Below, piece after piece: positions 25,084 to 36,272 of a DNA stretch of 64,000 nucleotides. A program made the translations under genes and the position numbers. This stretch comes from Methanocaldococcus indicus (GTDB taxonomy: Archaea; AGJL01; Methanococci; Methanococcales; Methanocaldococcaceae). The notes beneath the pieces were generated by a model. It searched no databases. It had not been told where the DNA came from and worked only from the letters and a program-made list of their open reading frames with translations. The DNA is taken from NCBI RefSeq assembly GCF_049554935.1, contig NZ_CP186926.1, positions 704,001 to 768,000 of the forward strand, written 5' to 3'. Each line of letters begins with the position of its first letter. Position 1 is the stretch's first letter.

Positions 25084-27043
25084 AACTTTTAAGGAATTTA
25101 AAGAACATTCTGTTTCAGAATTTTTTAGAAAAAATAAACATATGCTTGGATACAGTGGAAAAATTAGAAGTTTAACAACTATTGTCCATGAGTTAGTTAC
25201 AAACAGTTTAGATGCATGTGAAGAAGCAGGAATTTTACCAGATATCAAAGTAGAAATAGAAAAGTTAGGAACAGACCATTACAAGGTAGTGGTTGAGGAT
25301 AATGGTCCAGGGATACCATTAGAATTTATCCCTAAAGTATTTGGAAAGATGTTGGCTGGAAGTAAGATGCATAGATTTATACAATCAAGAGGACAGCAAG
25401 GTATTGGAGCAGCTGGTGTTCTTTTATTCTCTCAAATGACTACTGGAAAGCCTTTGAAGATAACTACATCATTAGGAGATGGAGTTATTTATGAAGTTGA
25501 GGTAAAAATGGATGTTGAAAAGAATGAAGGTAAGATAGTTAGTAAAAAAGTTAAAAAAGGAAATTGGAGAGGAACAAGAGTAGAAGGTGAATTTAAGGAA
25601 GTATCATATAATAGAGGAGAGTATAGTGCTTATGAATATTTAAGAAGGATAAGTTTAGCTACACCACATGCAAAAATAATTTTAAAAGACCCTTATGGAA
25701 CAGTTGTATTTGATAGAGTTATCAATGAAATTCCAAAAAAACCAGAAGAGATGAAACCTCATCCTTATGGTTTAACTGTTGATGAACTTCTTTATATTTC
25801 AAGAAAAACAAAATCTAAAAAAGTTTCATCAATGTTAGTATCTGAACTATCAAGAGTCTCAACAAATAAGGTCAAAGAATTAAAAAAATATTTATTAAGA
25901 GACTTAATTGTCAAAAAATTTAAAAACTCATTATTCTGGGATAGAGTTATAAAATGTTATTTAAATGTAGATATAAATAAATATCTAAAAAAATATGCTC
26001 AATATATTTCAGATGATGAGATTAAGACAGTTAAAAATCTTATAAAAAATCTTCCAGATAGTTTAGATGAACTAAAAAAGTATATTTATAAATATATGAT
26101 AATGGATTACTTATTTTCAAAGTTATCTAAGGAAGATATAGAGAATATAAAAAATCATTTTAAGAAGATTCCAGATAACTTTATTGATTGGGCAGTTAAA
26201 AACTATTTATCTGCAACAGTTATTAATGAAATTGAGAAAAAACTAAGAAATATTGTTAAAAAACCAGATGAATTTTTAGAAGAAATTAAGAAGAAAAAAT
26301 TAATTTCAGATGAAGAAATCAAAAAATTTGAAAATGAAGTTGAAAACTTACTATCAAAGAATCCAAAAGAATTAACATGGGAAGAAGCTGAATTATTAGT
26401 TAATTCTCTCCAAAGTATGGAATTTTTAGCACCTCCAACATCTGGTTTAAGACCTATTGGAGCAGAGAATATAGAAAAATCTTTAAAAGAGTTCTTAAAG
26501 CCAGAATTTGTAAAGGCAATAACAAGAAAACCAAAGACATACAGTGGAATTCCATTTATTGTAGAGGTTGGTATAGCTTATGGGGGAAATGCTGGAAAAC
26601 AATCAGATTCTGGCAGGAAAATGGAAATTATGAGGTTTGCAAATCAGGTTCCTCTATTGTATGATGCATCTGCATGTGGTATAACTAAAGCTGTTAAGAG
26701 TATTAACTGGAAAAGATATGGAATAAAAGAAGATGCTCCAATAACAGTATTTGTCAATTTAGTATCAACATTCATTCCCTATACTTCTGCTGGAAAACAG
26801 GCAATAGCATGTAGTGAGACAGAAAATGAAGAAATATTTAATGAGATAAGACAGGCATTAATGATTTGTGCAAGAGATTTAGAGAAATACTTAGCAAGAA
26901 TTAGAAAAGAATTGGAAGAAGAGAAAAAAAGAAAATATGTAATAAAGTATGCTAAAATATTTGCAGAGGCATTGGCAAATATATTGAATAAACCTAAAGA
27001 AGAAATAGAAATGAAAGTTATTGAACTATTAAGTAAAGGATAA
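25076..27043 (+). CDS. top6B: DNA topoisomerase VI subunit B
   Basis: [39 protein letters not shown]. Confidence 0.96.
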   Translation: MSETFKEFKEHSVSEFFRKNKHMLGYSGKIRSLTTIVHELVTNSLDACEEAGILPDIKVEIEKLGTDHYKVVVEDNGPGIPLEFIPKVFGKMLAGSKMHRFIQSRGQQGIGAAGVLLFSQMTTGKPLKITTSLGDGVIYEVEVKMDVEKNEGKIVSKKVKKGNWRGTRVEGEFKEVSYNRGEYSAYEYLRRISLATPHAKIILKDPYGTVVFDRVINEIPKKPEEMKPHPYGLTVDELLYISRKTKSKKVSSMLVSELSRVSTNKVKELKKYLLRDLIVKKFKNSLFWDRVIKCYLNVDINKYLKKYAQYISDDEIKTVKNLIKNLPDSLDELKKYIYKYMIMDYLFSKLSKEDIENIKNHFKKIPDNFIDWAVKNYLSATVINEIEKKLRNIVKKPDEFLEEIKKKKLISDEEIKKFENEVENLLSKNPKELTWEEAELLVNSLQSMEFLAPPTSGLRPIGAENIEKSLKEFLKPEFVKAITRKPKTYSGIPFIVEVGIAYGGNAGKQSDSGRKMEIMRFANQVPLLYDASACGITKAVKSINWKRYGIKEDAPITVFVNLVSTFIPYTSAGKQAIACSETENEEIFNEIRQALMICARDLEKYLARIRKELEEEKKRKYVIKYAKIFAEALANILNKPKEEIEMKVIELLSKG

Positions 27044-27049
27044 AATTTT

Positions 27050-27817
27050 TTATTTTAGCATTTTTTTCCATACAAAATATTTCTTTTCTATGAATTTTAG
27101 GGCATAATCTAATATCAATCCTATGACTCCAATTACCACCATACATGCAACAACTACATCCATTCTACTTAGGGAATAGGCATACATAATTAAATAACCT
27201 AAACCTGAACTACTTCCTGGCAACATTTCAGCAGCAACTACACACATCCAAGCTATTCCAATCCCAATTCTTAATCCTGTTAATATATATGGAGAACTTG
27301 CTGGAATAACAACTTTTAGCAATATATCTTTTTCTTTAGCTCCTAATGTTAGAGCTGCCTCAATAAGTGAAATTGGAACACTTCTAACTCCTGCTATTGT
27401 ATTTATTAATATTGGGAAAAAAGCACCTATAAATATAATAAATATCATTGAGGTCTCTCCTAAACCAAACCAAGCCAATGAAATTGGGACCCAAGCTAAT
27501 GGAGGAATTGGCCTAATCAATTCTATAATGGTATCTAAAAAGCTATATACTAATTTATAATATCCCATTAAAATTCCTAAGGGAACAGCAACAAGTGAAG
27601 CTATTATAAACCCTGATAAAACTCTCTTTATACTAACTATTGTATTATCTATTAAACTTCCTGTCCCTAAAATTCCCTGATAAGGATGAAGAAGAACATT
27701 AACAACATCATAAACATGTGGCAATATCACTGGATTATTTATATATATAGCCAACAACTCCCAAACTCCTATTAAGAACAAAGGAGAAACTATTCTCAAA
27801 ATTTTCTCAATTTTCAT
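27050..27817 (-). CDS. ABC transporter permease (nitrate/sulfonate/taurine type)
   Basis: RPIPPLAW, EAA loop EAALTLGA, AAEM..GLGY. Confidence 0.92.
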   Translation of the reverse strand: MKIEKILRIVSPLFLIGVWELLAIYINNPVILPHVYDVVNVLLHPYQGILGTGSLIDNTIVSIKRVLSGFIIASLVAVPLGILMGYYKLVYSFLDTIIELIRPIPPLAWVPISLAWFGLGETSMIFIIFIGAFFPILINTIAGVRSVPISLIEAALTLGAKEKDILLKVVIPASSPYILTGLRIGIGIAWMCVVAAEMLPGSSSGLGYLIMYAYSLSRMDVVVACMVVIGVIGLILDYALKFIEKKYFVWKKMLK

Positions 27818-27823
27818 ACAGTA

Positions 27824-28684
27824 TCACAATTTAAATGTTCCACCTGAGACAGTAAAATATAGTTCTTCATTATTAATATTTTTTATTAAAAGTTTTGCTA
27901 AGGTAGGAATTGTATATAATTTATATACTGATGTGGTTATTCTTGGATTTATATCTACTATATGAATATCATCATTTACAACTACATCTACCCCAACATA
28001 TCCAAAGAGACCCTCTATATTTTTTAGACATTTCTCAACTTCTTTAAATATTTCCCCTTTTTTTGGATGATTAATATTTATCTCCCCACCTTTATATCCA
28101 CAATTGATAAATTGTCTATTTAAAGATAAAAAATAAATTTTATTTTTTCCTACTATTGAAGATACAGATAAGCTTTCACCCTCTACATACTCTTGAATAA
28201 TATAACTTTCATCAATAAATTTAAATTCACCACCACATCCGTCTCTCTTCTTTATTATATATCTACCCAACCAAGTTTTTGGAATATTTACAATATCTTT
28301 TAGTTTTTTATACATAAGATATTTATCTCCAGCTATTTTAATGGCTTTGGATGATGAACCTAAATTTTTTATTTTGTATTTTTCTAAGATTTTAGTTAAA
28401 TTGTATAGTATATTCTCCTCCTCAGGAGCTATAATTAAGGCATAATCAATATTATTCTCATTTAAAATATCCTCTAAAATTTTTTCAATATTTTCATTTC
28501 CTTCCACAATTTTTAAGTTTTTATTTTTTTTATATCTCTCAAAGAATCTTTTATGTAAAATAGTAATAACATCATCAATCTCCAAAAACTCTTTTAAAAG
28601 CTTAATATACATTAAAGTTCCTTCTTTTAATATACTTTCATTGTTAAAGTTAGTTGCTAATGCATACTCAAAAAATAGAATCAT
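27824..28684 (-). CDS. mfnD: ATP-grasp tyramine--L-glutamate ligase-like (methanofuran biosynthesis)
   Basis: FFEYA..EG, IIAPE, DGCGG, GYVGVD, DINPRITTS. Confidence 0.8.
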   Translation of the reverse strand: MILFFEYALATNFNNESILKEGTLMYIKLLKEFLEIDDVITILHKRFFERYKKNKNLKIVEGNENIEKILEDILNENNIDYALIIAPEEENILYNLTKILEKYKIKNLGSSSKAIKIAGDKYLMYKKLKDIVNIPKTWLGRYIIKKRDGCGGEFKFIDESYIIQEYVEGESLSVSSIVGKNKIYFLSLNRQFINCGYKGGEININHPKKGEIFKEVEKCLKNIEGLFGYVGVDVVVNDDIHIVDINPRITTSVYKLYTIPTLAKLLIKNINNEELYFTVSGGTFKL

Positions 28685-28685
28685 T

Positions 28686-29525
28686 TTAACCAACCATCAA
28701 TAAAAGTTCTCTTGCAATCTTTGCAGCAGTTATTGATGTTATATTTGCTAAATCATATGTTGGAGAAACTTCAACAATATCAAAGCCAACAATATCCAAA
28801 TCTTTTAATAGATATAGAGAATCAAACAGCTCCCTTGTAGAGAAACCACATGGCTCTGGTGTTCCTGTTCCAGGAGCATAAGCTGGGTCTAATACATCAA
28901 TATCAATTGTAACATATATAGGGAGTTCTTTATCTTTTATTATTTCTAAATCTTCTTTTGATAATAGTGAAGATTTTAAATATATGTTGTTATTTTTAGC
29001 AAATAACCACTCTTCTCTATCTCCACTTCTTATGCCAAACTGATAAATATTTTTATTAATCTCATATATTCTTCTCATAACACATGCATGAGATAACTTA
29101 TTTCCTAAATATTCATTTCTTAAATCTGCATGGGCATCAAACTGTATAACAATAAACTCATTATATTTCCTTTTTAAAGCTCTAACTATTGGATAGGTTA
29201 TGGAATGCTCTCCTCCAAATATACAAAGTTTTTTATTATCCTCTAAAATTTTGAAAGTAGTTTCTTCAATAAACTTAAACATCTCTTCTTGATTTCCATA
29301 TAAATCTAAATCTTTTAAATCTACATAACTTATTTCTGTTAAATCTCTATCTAATATAGGACTATAACTTTCTAATCCCCAAGACGCTAATCTTATAGCA
29401 TTTCCTCCATCTCTTGAACCTGGTTTAAAAGAAGAGGTTCCATCATAAGGAACTGAAAAAATAACTATATCTGCTAAGTCATAATTGTCAGTTGATAGCA
29501 TAAACTTACTATAATCAATAAACAT
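28686..29525 (-). CDS. speB: Agmatinase
   Basis: [29 protein letters not shown]. Confidence 0.93.
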   Translation of the reverse strand: MFIDYSKFMLSTDNYDLADIVIFSVPYDGTSSFKPGSRDGGNAIRLASWGLESYSPILDRDLTEISYVDLKDLDLYGNQEEMFKFIEETTFKILEDNKKLCIFGGEHSITYPIVRALKRKYNEFIVIQFDAHADLRNEYLGNKLSHACVMRRIYEINKNIYQFGIRSGDREEWLFAKNNNIYLKSSLLSKEDLEIIKDKELPIYVTIDIDVLDPAYAPGTGTPEPCGFSTRELFDSLYLLKDLDIVGFDIVEVSPTYDLANITSITAAKIARELLLMVG

Positions 29526-29539
29526 CTCAATCCCAAAAA

Positions 29540-30199
29540 CTATTTTTTTAATTCTAACATCTCTATAATTTTCTTCATTTTTTCAATATCTATCTGTCCT
29601 GGGGCAGATGACTTACCTTTATATGATGAGAATGTTAATATTGAACCAAAATATGGAGCTAATATTCTTGTTAATTTTCCTTCTTCTCCCATTCCAATAG
29701 CAATAATCTTTCCTTTATATTCATAAGACAACTCTAAAATAGTTAATATATCTTTTTTATCATTAACTTTTGTAGCTATCTTAGCAATATCTCCAAAAGA
29801 TAAAGCATTATTTATTATTTCTTTTAATTTTTCTTTTTCAGGTGTTTCTTCAAAATTATGATATGACACAATAATCTTAGTCTTAGAATCTATTTTTTTC
29901 TTATAATCTACTAAAATAGGCAAATCAACATAATCATTTTCAACATCTACAAATTTTGCATTATTTCTTATTGCCTCAATTAAATATCCTGTTTTATTAC
30001 CTTCAAAATATCCTCCTTGTTCTTTACTTCTAATTGTTATTATTGATGGATACCTACAAAAATCTTTAATATCTTCAATCTTCAACTCTTTTAAATAATC
30101 TAATCTAAACTCAACCAAATCAGCCAACTCTAAATATTTTTCAGCTGTTTTTAATGCTGATTCTTTATCTTTCTCAATAACTGGGAGGCAAATCATCAT
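29540..30199 (-). CDS. aroD: Type I 3-dehydroquinate dehydratase
   Basis: [30 protein letters not shown]. Confidence 0.95.
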   Translation of the reverse strand: MMICLPVIEKDKESALKTAEKYLELADLVEFRLDYLKELKIEDIKDFCRYPSIITIRSKEQGGYFEGNKTGYLIEAIRNNAKFVDVENDYVDLPILVDYKKKIDSKTKIIVSYHNFEETPEKEKLKEIINNALSFGDIAKIATKVNDKKDILTILELSYEYKGKIIAIGMGEEGKLTRILAPYFGSILTFSSYKGKSSAPGQIDIEKMKKIIEMLELKK

Positions 30200-30283
30200 A
30201 TTACTATTACCTCCTTAAAATTAAAATATTTGAATAAAAAAGTAATAAGAATACTATAAAATTTAAAATCAAAAAAGATTAAG

Positions 30284-31678
30284 TTATTTTTTTCTGAATT
30301 TTGGATGATATTTCTTAATAAGTTCTTCATCAACTCTCTTTAATTCTTCTAATGGTAATATAGCCAACAACTCCCATAGTAAGTCTAATGTTTCTTCTAT
30401 ACTTCTATCTTCATCTCCTTGATTGACAAATCTTTTTTCAAATTCATCAGCAAATTTTAAGTATGCTTTATCTCTCTCAGTTAAAGCTTCTTCCCCAACA
30501 ACTGCTACTAAATCTCTTAAACTTCTACCTTCTGCATAAGCTGCATAAGCTTGATTTACTACTTTCTTATGGTCTTCTCTTGTTTTTCCAGGACCTTGAC
30601 CACTTCCTGCTAACCTTGACAATGATGGAAGAACATCAATTGGTGGATATATACCTTTTCTATGGAGTTCTCTTGATAAAACTATCTGTCCTTCTGTGAT
30701 ATATCCTGTTAAATCTGGAATTGGGTGAGTAATATCATCATCAGGCATTGTTAATATTGGAATTTGTGTTATAGTTCCTTTCTTATTCTTAACTCTTCCA
30801 GCTCTTTCATACAATGTAGCCAAGTCAGTATACATATAACCAGGATATCCTCTTCTACCAGGAACTTCATTTCTTGCTGCTGATATTTCTCTTAAAGCTT
30901 CACAGTAGTTGGTCATATCAGTTAATATAACAAGAACGTGCATATCTTTTTCAAATGCTAAATATTCTGCAACTGTTAATGCCATTCTTGGTGTTAAAAT
31001 TCTTTCAATTGCTGGGTCATTAGCTAAGTTAATGAAAACAACAGCTCTCTCTAATGCTCCTGTTCTTCTAAACTCTTCCATAAAGAAGTTTGCTTCTTCT
31101 GATGTTATACCCATAGCTGCAAAGACAACAGCAAACTGTTCTCCTTCTCCTCTAACTTTTGCCTGTCTTGCAATTTGGGCAGCTAATTGATTGTGTGGTA
31201 ATCCTGAACCAGAGAATATAGGTAATTTTTGACCTCTAACTAATGTATTCATCCCATCAATTGTAGATATCCCTGTTTGTATAAAATCTTCTGGGAACTT
31301 TCTTGAAACTGGATTTAAAGGATAACCATTAATATCCAACTCTTTTTCTGGAACTATCTCTGGTCCTCCATCAATTGGCTTACCTCTACCATTAAAAATT
31401 CTACCTAACATATCTAATGAAACTCCTAACTTAGCTGTCTTTCCAGTAAATCTTACTTTTGTATTATTTGTATTCAAACCTGTTGTTCCTTCAAAAACTT
31501 GGACAACTGCTAAACCTTCTCTTGCCTCTAAAACTTGTCCCATTCTTTTCTCTCCATCAGGACATATAACCTCAACTATCTCCCCATAAGCTGCTCCTTC
31601 TACTCCTTCAACAACTAACAAAGGTCCTGCAATACTCTTAACTGATGTGTATTCAATAGCATCTCTTGATACAGCCAT
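30284..31678 (-). CDS. atpB: A-type ATP synthase subunit B
   Basis: [30 protein letters not shown]. Confidence 0.98.
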   Translation of the reverse strand: MAVSRDAIEYTSVKSIAGPLLVVEGVEGAAYGEIVEVICPDGEKRMGQVLEAREGLAVVQVFEGTTGLNTNNTKVRFTGKTAKLGVSLDMLGRIFNGRGKPIDGGPEIVPEKELDINGYPLNPVSRKFPEDFIQTGISTIDGMNTLVRGQKLPIFSGSGLPHNQLAAQIARQAKVRGEGEQFAVVFAAMGITSEEANFFMEEFRRTGALERAVVFINLANDPAIERILTPRMALTVAEYLAFEKDMHVLVILTDMTNYCEALREISAARNEVPGRRGYPGYMYTDLATLYERAGRVKNKKGTITQIPILTMPDDDITHPIPDLTGYITEGQIVLSRELHRKGIYPPIDVLPSLSRLAGSGQGPGKTREDHKKVVNQAYAAYAEGRSLRDLVAVVGEEALTERDKAYLKFADEFEKRFVNQGDEDRSIEETLDLLWELLAILPLEELKRVDEELIKKYHPKFRKK

Positions 31679-31703
31679 TATTTATCACCTTAAAAAATTT
31701 TAT

Positions 31704-33464
31704 TTAATTTAAGGAGGAGAGCTCTTTTTTAATTTTCTCAATTATTTCTTTTGCTTTTACATTTATAAATTCTTCATGAGGCATATACTTCATTTTAGCA
31801 ATATCTTGTTTTACTGAAACACTTAATATCTTAGCTGGCTCAACTCCTCTCTCAACAGCTTTTAAAGCTTCATGATAGAATGTCATAATTATCTTTAACA
31901 TTAAGTACTGTTTCATTGGAGGACAATAAGTGTCTATTTCATCAAATGCATCTTGTTGTAAGAAATCCTCTCTTAACATTCTTGCAACTTCTAATATAAC
32001 TCTCTCTCTATCTGGTAGAGCATCTGGACCAACTAATTGGACAATTTCTTGCAATTCAGCTTCTTTTTGTAATAAACTCATAGCTTCATCTCTTAACTCT
32101 CTCCAATCTGGTCCTGTGTTTTGTTTCCACCAATCTGTAACATCATCAACATATAGAGAGTAACTCATTAACCAGTTAATAGCTGGGAAGTGTCTTCTTC
32201 TGGCTAAGTTTGCATCTAATGCCCAGAATACTTTAACAATTCTTAATGTGTTAGATGTAACTGGCTCTGAGAAATCTCCTCCTGGTGGTGAGACAGCTCC
32301 AACAATTGAAACGAAACCTTCTCTATTATCCTGTCCTAAACATACAACTCTTCCAGCTCTTTCATAGAATTGAGCCAATCTTGAAGCTAAGTAAGCTGGA
32401 TACCCTTCTTCCCCTGGCATCTCTTCTAATCTTCCAGATATTTCTCTCATTGCTTCTGCCCATCTTGATGTTGAATCAGCAGTTAATAAAACCCCATATC
32501 CCATATCTCTAAAGTATTCAGCTATAGTAATTCCTGTATAGACAGAAGCTTCTCTCGCAGCAACAGGCATGTTAGATGTGTTTGCAATCAAAACAGTTCT
32601 ATCCATTAAGATAATTTCTTTATCTCCTTTTTTATATTTTATATGTGGGAACTCTTCAATAACCTCAGTCATCTCATTTCCTCTTTCTCCACAACCAATA
32701 TAGACAACAACATCAGCATCAGACCACTTAGCTAATTGATGCTGAGTAACTGTCTTTCCACTACCAAATGGTCCTGGAATTGCTGCTGTACCTCCCTTAG
32801 CCAATGGGAAGAAGGTATCTTCTACTCTTTGTCCTGTTATCATTGGTATTTTTGGTGGTAGTTTTTCTTTAAATGGTCTTCCTTTTCTTACTGGCCATTT
32901 TTGCATCATTTTTATTTCTTTTTCTCCATCATCTGTTTCAACAATAGCAACAGTATCCTCAACAGTGAATTTACCTTCTTTAATTTCAATTATTTTTCCT
33001 TTTATTCCTACTGGAACTAATATTTTATGAGTTATTGGGTCTGTCTCTGGAACTAATCCAATAATATCTCCTTCTTCAACATAGTCCCCTTCACTTACAG
33101 TAGGTTTAAACTCCCATTTTATATCTCTTGGTAAAGCTGGAACATCCACTCCTCTTGGAATGAATATAGAGCCAGTTTTTTCTTCAATAGCTGTTAATGG
33201 TCTTTGAATCCCATCATACATTGCTCTTAACATTCCAGGTCCTAACTCAACAGATAGAGGAGCCCCAGTACCTTCAACTGGTTCTCCTGGTTTTACACCA
33301 GTTGTATCTTCATAAACTTGAATAACTGCTTTATCATCTCTCAATTGGATAATTTCTCCTGTTAATTTTTCTTCTCCTACTTTAACAACCTCATACATCT
33401 GAGAACCTTTCATACCTTCAGCCATAACAACAGGTCCAGCTATCTTTATAATCCTTCCTGCCAT
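31704..33464 (-). CDS. atpA: A-type ATP synthase subunit A (no intein)
   Basis: [26 protein letters not shown]. Confidence 0.98.
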   Translation of the reverse strand: MAGRIIKIAGPVVMAEGMKGSQMYEVVKVGEEKLTGEIIQLRDDKAVIQVYEDTTGVKPGEPVEGTGAPLSVELGPGMLRAMYDGIQRPLTAIEEKTGSIFIPRGVDVPALPRDIKWEFKPTVSEGDYVEEGDIIGLVPETDPITHKILVPVGIKGKIIEIKEGKFTVEDTVAIVETDDGEKEIKMMQKWPVRKGRPFKEKLPPKIPMITGQRVEDTFFPLAKGGTAAIPGPFGSGKTVTQHQLAKWSDADVVVYIGCGERGNEMTEVIEEFPHIKYKKGDKEIILMDRTVLIANTSNMPVAAREASVYTGITIAEYFRDMGYGVLLTADSTSRWAEAMREISGRLEEMPGEEGYPAYLASRLAQFYERAGRVVCLGQDNREGFVSIVGAVSPPGGDFSEPVTSNTLRIVKVFWALDANLARRRHFPAINWLMSYSLYVDDVTDWWKQNTGPDWRELRDEAMSLLQKEAELQEIVQLVGPDALPDRERVILEVARMLREDFLQQDAFDEIDTYCPPMKQYLMLKIIMTFYHEALKAVERGVEPAKILSVSVKQDIAKMKYMPHEEFINVKAKEIIEKIKKELSSLN

Positions 33465-33482
33465 ATTTTATCACCTTAATTT

Positions 33483-33773
33483 TTATTTAACTACTCCAAC
33501 AGCTTTTCTTATAAGTTCTTTTATAGGGTCTTCTTTAACAACTTTTCCAGATTTATCTGGAATTTGAACAACTACTTTTTTATATTTTTCTAAGAAATCT
33601 TTCACTTCTAATGCAAGCTTTTCTGTAATTATGACAAATGCAATATCTTCCCTATCTAATTCATTTAGAGCATTTATAACTTCATCTTTTGTTTTAGCTT
33701 CATAAACATCAGATAATCCAGCCAATCTAAAACCAATAGCTGTCTCAGTATCACCTATAACACCAATTTTCAT
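33483..33773 (-). CDS. atpF: A-type ATP synthase subunit F
   Basis: IGDTETAIGFRLAG, IRKAVG. Confidence 0.95.
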   Translation of the reverse strand: MKIGVIGDTETAIGFRLAGLSDVYEAKTKDEVINALNELDREDIAFVIITEKLALEVKDFLEKYKKVVVQIPDKSGKVVKEDPIKELIRKAVGVVK

Positions 33774-34946
33774 TTAGCTCACCAAAGATTTGATTTCTTC
33801 TGGATTTAAATTCTCCAATTTTCCTTTTATAATTGTTTTTAGCTTTTTTACTTCACTTTCTTTTGCTATAATTAAGCTTAATATTGGACCTAAGCCAAAT
33901 GGTTTTCTTAGAGCTATTCTTTTACTTTTATCAACTAAATAGTTATCCAAAGCTTTTTCAAATACATATACAGATTTTGTTTTATTAAATTCTTCCAATT
34001 TTTCAGCTAAAATTTGAGAGTAACTTGTTCCTTCTAAACCACTTATAACACCTTCAATTCCAGAAGCACCTGCTAACTCTTTCAACTTCCATAATGGTAA
34101 TTCATAACCATCAGTTAAATATTTAATAATTTCATCTGCAGGTAAATTGTCTGATTTTGCTTTTAGTAAAACTTTTAGATTTTCAATATCAATCAATAAT
34201 CCAATAAATTCTCTAAATAAATCTTCTTCTTTACCTTCAATCATAATTTCCTTTTTTAAGCTTTCTAAGTAATATTTATCTAATGCTAATTCTAATGGTA
34301 ACAACTTTTTTGTTTGCTCATATTCTGGAAGAATTTCCTGTAAAATTTTGAAATATTCAGTCCCTTCTAATCCTCTAACTATTTCCTCAACACTTCCTAC
34401 TTCTGTTAAATCTCTTAATTTATCTTTAAGCTCTCCTAATGGAATTAATAGAGGGTGTATCTCTTCAGGTTTTAGGTTTAGATATTTAGCTCTTAAAAGT
34501 GTCTTAATATTTTGAATATCATATTTTTTAATCAATATCTTTAAAACTTTTTTTGCTGAATCAGGAGATATATTATATATAAATGTATATAGGTTTGCTA
34601 AATAAGTATCAAATGCTCTCTCTACTAATAATGGGTCTTTCTTTTCTAATGTTTCTATAAACTCACTATAATCTGTATCAGCCAACAATCCCAAAATTTC
34701 TTCAAAACTTCCAGCTTCAATTAATTCATTTAATTTATTTGAATCTAATAATTTACCTTCTCTACTTCTAATTCTTGCATTTACATATGCATAAGGGGCT
34801 AAATCAATAATCATCTTAGTAATCCAAACAATAATAACAAGAACAATAATAACAGTTATTATTGTTATAAGCATAGTAAAGGGATTGTTCATAACATCCA
34901 TAAGTGTTTTAAATAATGTCTCTCCCATCAATGCCCCTATATCCAT
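33774..34946 (-). CDS. atpC: A-type ATP synthase subunit C
   Basis: YAYVNARIRS, DIQNIKTLLR; operon position. Confidence 0.93.
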   Translation of the reverse strand: MDIGALMGETLFKTLMDVMNNPFTMLITIITVIIVLVIIVWITKMIIDLAPYAYVNARIRSREGKLLDSNKLNELIEAGSFEEILGLLADTDYSEFIETLEKKDPLLVERAFDTYLANLYTFIYNISPDSAKKVLKILIKKYDIQNIKTLLRAKYLNLKPEEIHPLLIPLGELKDKLRDLTEVGSVEEIVRGLEGTEYFKILQEILPEYEQTKKLLPLELALDKYYLESLKKEIMIEGKEEDLFREFIGLLIDIENLKVLLKAKSDNLPADEIIKYLTDGYELPLWKLKELAGASGIEGVISGLEGTSYSQILAEKLEEFNKTKSVYVFEKALDNYLVDKSKRIALRKPFGLGPILSLIIAKESEVKKLKTIIKGKLENLNPEEIKSLVS

Positions 34947-34956
34947 TATACATCAC

Positions 34957-35556
34957 CTAAAATAGCTTCTCCACAATCTTAATCCTAATTTCTGGCAATT
35001 TTCTTTCAAAAACAGCTTCTAAACTATTATCTACTAACTTAGTTCTTTCAATATTCTCTAATATTATTCCTCCAATTATATTAGCTGTTTCTACGTTAAG
35101 TTTTATATTCTTTCCAAACTCATATTTTAATTCTTTTTCTATATTTTTAATTAATTCTATATCTCTCTCATTTATTTTTGCATAATATTCCTCTTCTTCT
35201 CCTAAAACATTAATAGCATCAACTGTTAATTTGTATAATATATCCTGATATTTATCACTTTCAGGGAGTTTCTTTAAATCTTCTCTTAGTTTTTCAATAG
35301 CTTTCTCTATAATTTCCTCTCTTGCTTTTAGTAATTTTTTCTTTGCCTCTAATTTTGCCTCTGCTATAATTCTATTTTTCAACAATTCAGCCTCTTTCTC
35401 TCCTCTCTTTAAAATTTCTTCTTTTCTTTTTTTTGCTTCTTCTTCAGCTTTCTTTAAAATTTCCTCTTTTTCTTTTTTAGCTTCTTCAATTATTTTATTT
35501 GCCTCAGCTGTTGCATCTTCTAATATTTTAGATTTTATTTTATCAATTCCCATCAT
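34957..35556 (-). CDS. atpE: A-type ATP synthase subunit E
   Basis: Long coiled coil, IIGGIIL..DNSLE; operon position. Confidence 0.93.
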   Translation of the reverse strand: MMGIDKIKSKILEDATAEANKIIEEAKKEKEEILKKAEEEAKKRKEEILKRGEKEAELLKNRIIAEAKLEAKKKLLKAREEIIEKAIEKLREDLKKLPESDKYQDILYKLTVDAINVLGEEEEYYAKINERDIELIKNIEKELKYEFGKNIKLNVETANIIGGIILENIERTKLVDNSLEAVFERKLPEIRIKIVEKLF

Positions 35557-35596
35557 ATCTCACCTTAAAAAAATTTAAAAAGAGAATTTTAGAGTT

Positions 35597-36250
35597 TTAT
35601 AATAAAACCATAATTAATATTGCTATTAACAAACCAAAGATAGCAAATGTCTCTGGCATAACAGCTAAAACTAACCCTTTACCCATAGCTTCTGGGTCTC
35701 TTGCAGTTGCTGCAATAGCTCCTGCAGCAGTAATACCTTGTCCAATCCCAGACAATCCAGCAAACCCAACTGCAAATCCTGCACCTAAAGCAGCAACTGT
35801 TGTAGCTCCTGCTCCACTAAATACACCAACTAATAACAATATAGAAATTAACAACCCATAAATTGCTTGTGTCTCTGGTAGAACAGAGAAAACCATAGCT
35901 TTACCAAACATTTCACTATCCTCAGCTGTTGCTCCTAAACCAGCTGCAGCTGCTATACCTTGCCCAATAGCAGATAATCCAGCTAAACCAGTAGCTAATC
36001 CAGCTCCAAACATTGCCCATGCAGGAGCTGTTTTAAAGACAAACAAGATTAATATTGCTATTAAGAAGCCATACAACCCTTGTGTCTGTGGAAGTGCTTG
36101 GAAAACAATTGCTGTCCCAAACTTGTTAGGGTCTTCTGCAATAACGCCTGCTCCACTTGCTCCTGTTATTCCAGCACCAATTCCTGAACCTAAACCAGCT
36201 ATACCAACTGCTAAACCTGCTCCAATAGCTCCTAATAATATTGGTTCCAT
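35597..36250 (-). CDS. atpK: A-type ATP synthase subunit K (c), triplicated proteolipid
   Basis: Three Gly/Ala-rich hairpins with LPQTQ, LPETQ, MPETF. Confidence 0.95.
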   Translation of the reverse strand: MEPILLGAIGAGLAVGIAGLGSGIGAGITGASGAGVIAEDPNKFGTAIVFQALPQTQGLYGFLIAILILFVFKTAPAWAMFGAGLATGLAGLSAIGQGIAAAAGLGATAEDSEMFGKAMVFSVLPETQAIYGLLISILLLVGVFSGAGATTVAALGAGFAVGFAGLSGIGQGITAAGAIAATARDPEAMGKGLVLAVMPETFAIFGLLIAILIMVLL

Positions 36251-36272
36251 ATCTTTTCACCTCAAAAATTTT

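Noticed and set aside
25076-33464. Inteins in Top6B or AtpA
   Set aside because: AtpA is normal length with an uninterrupted P-loop region; the Top6B insert lacks splice-junction and LAGLIDADG motifs.
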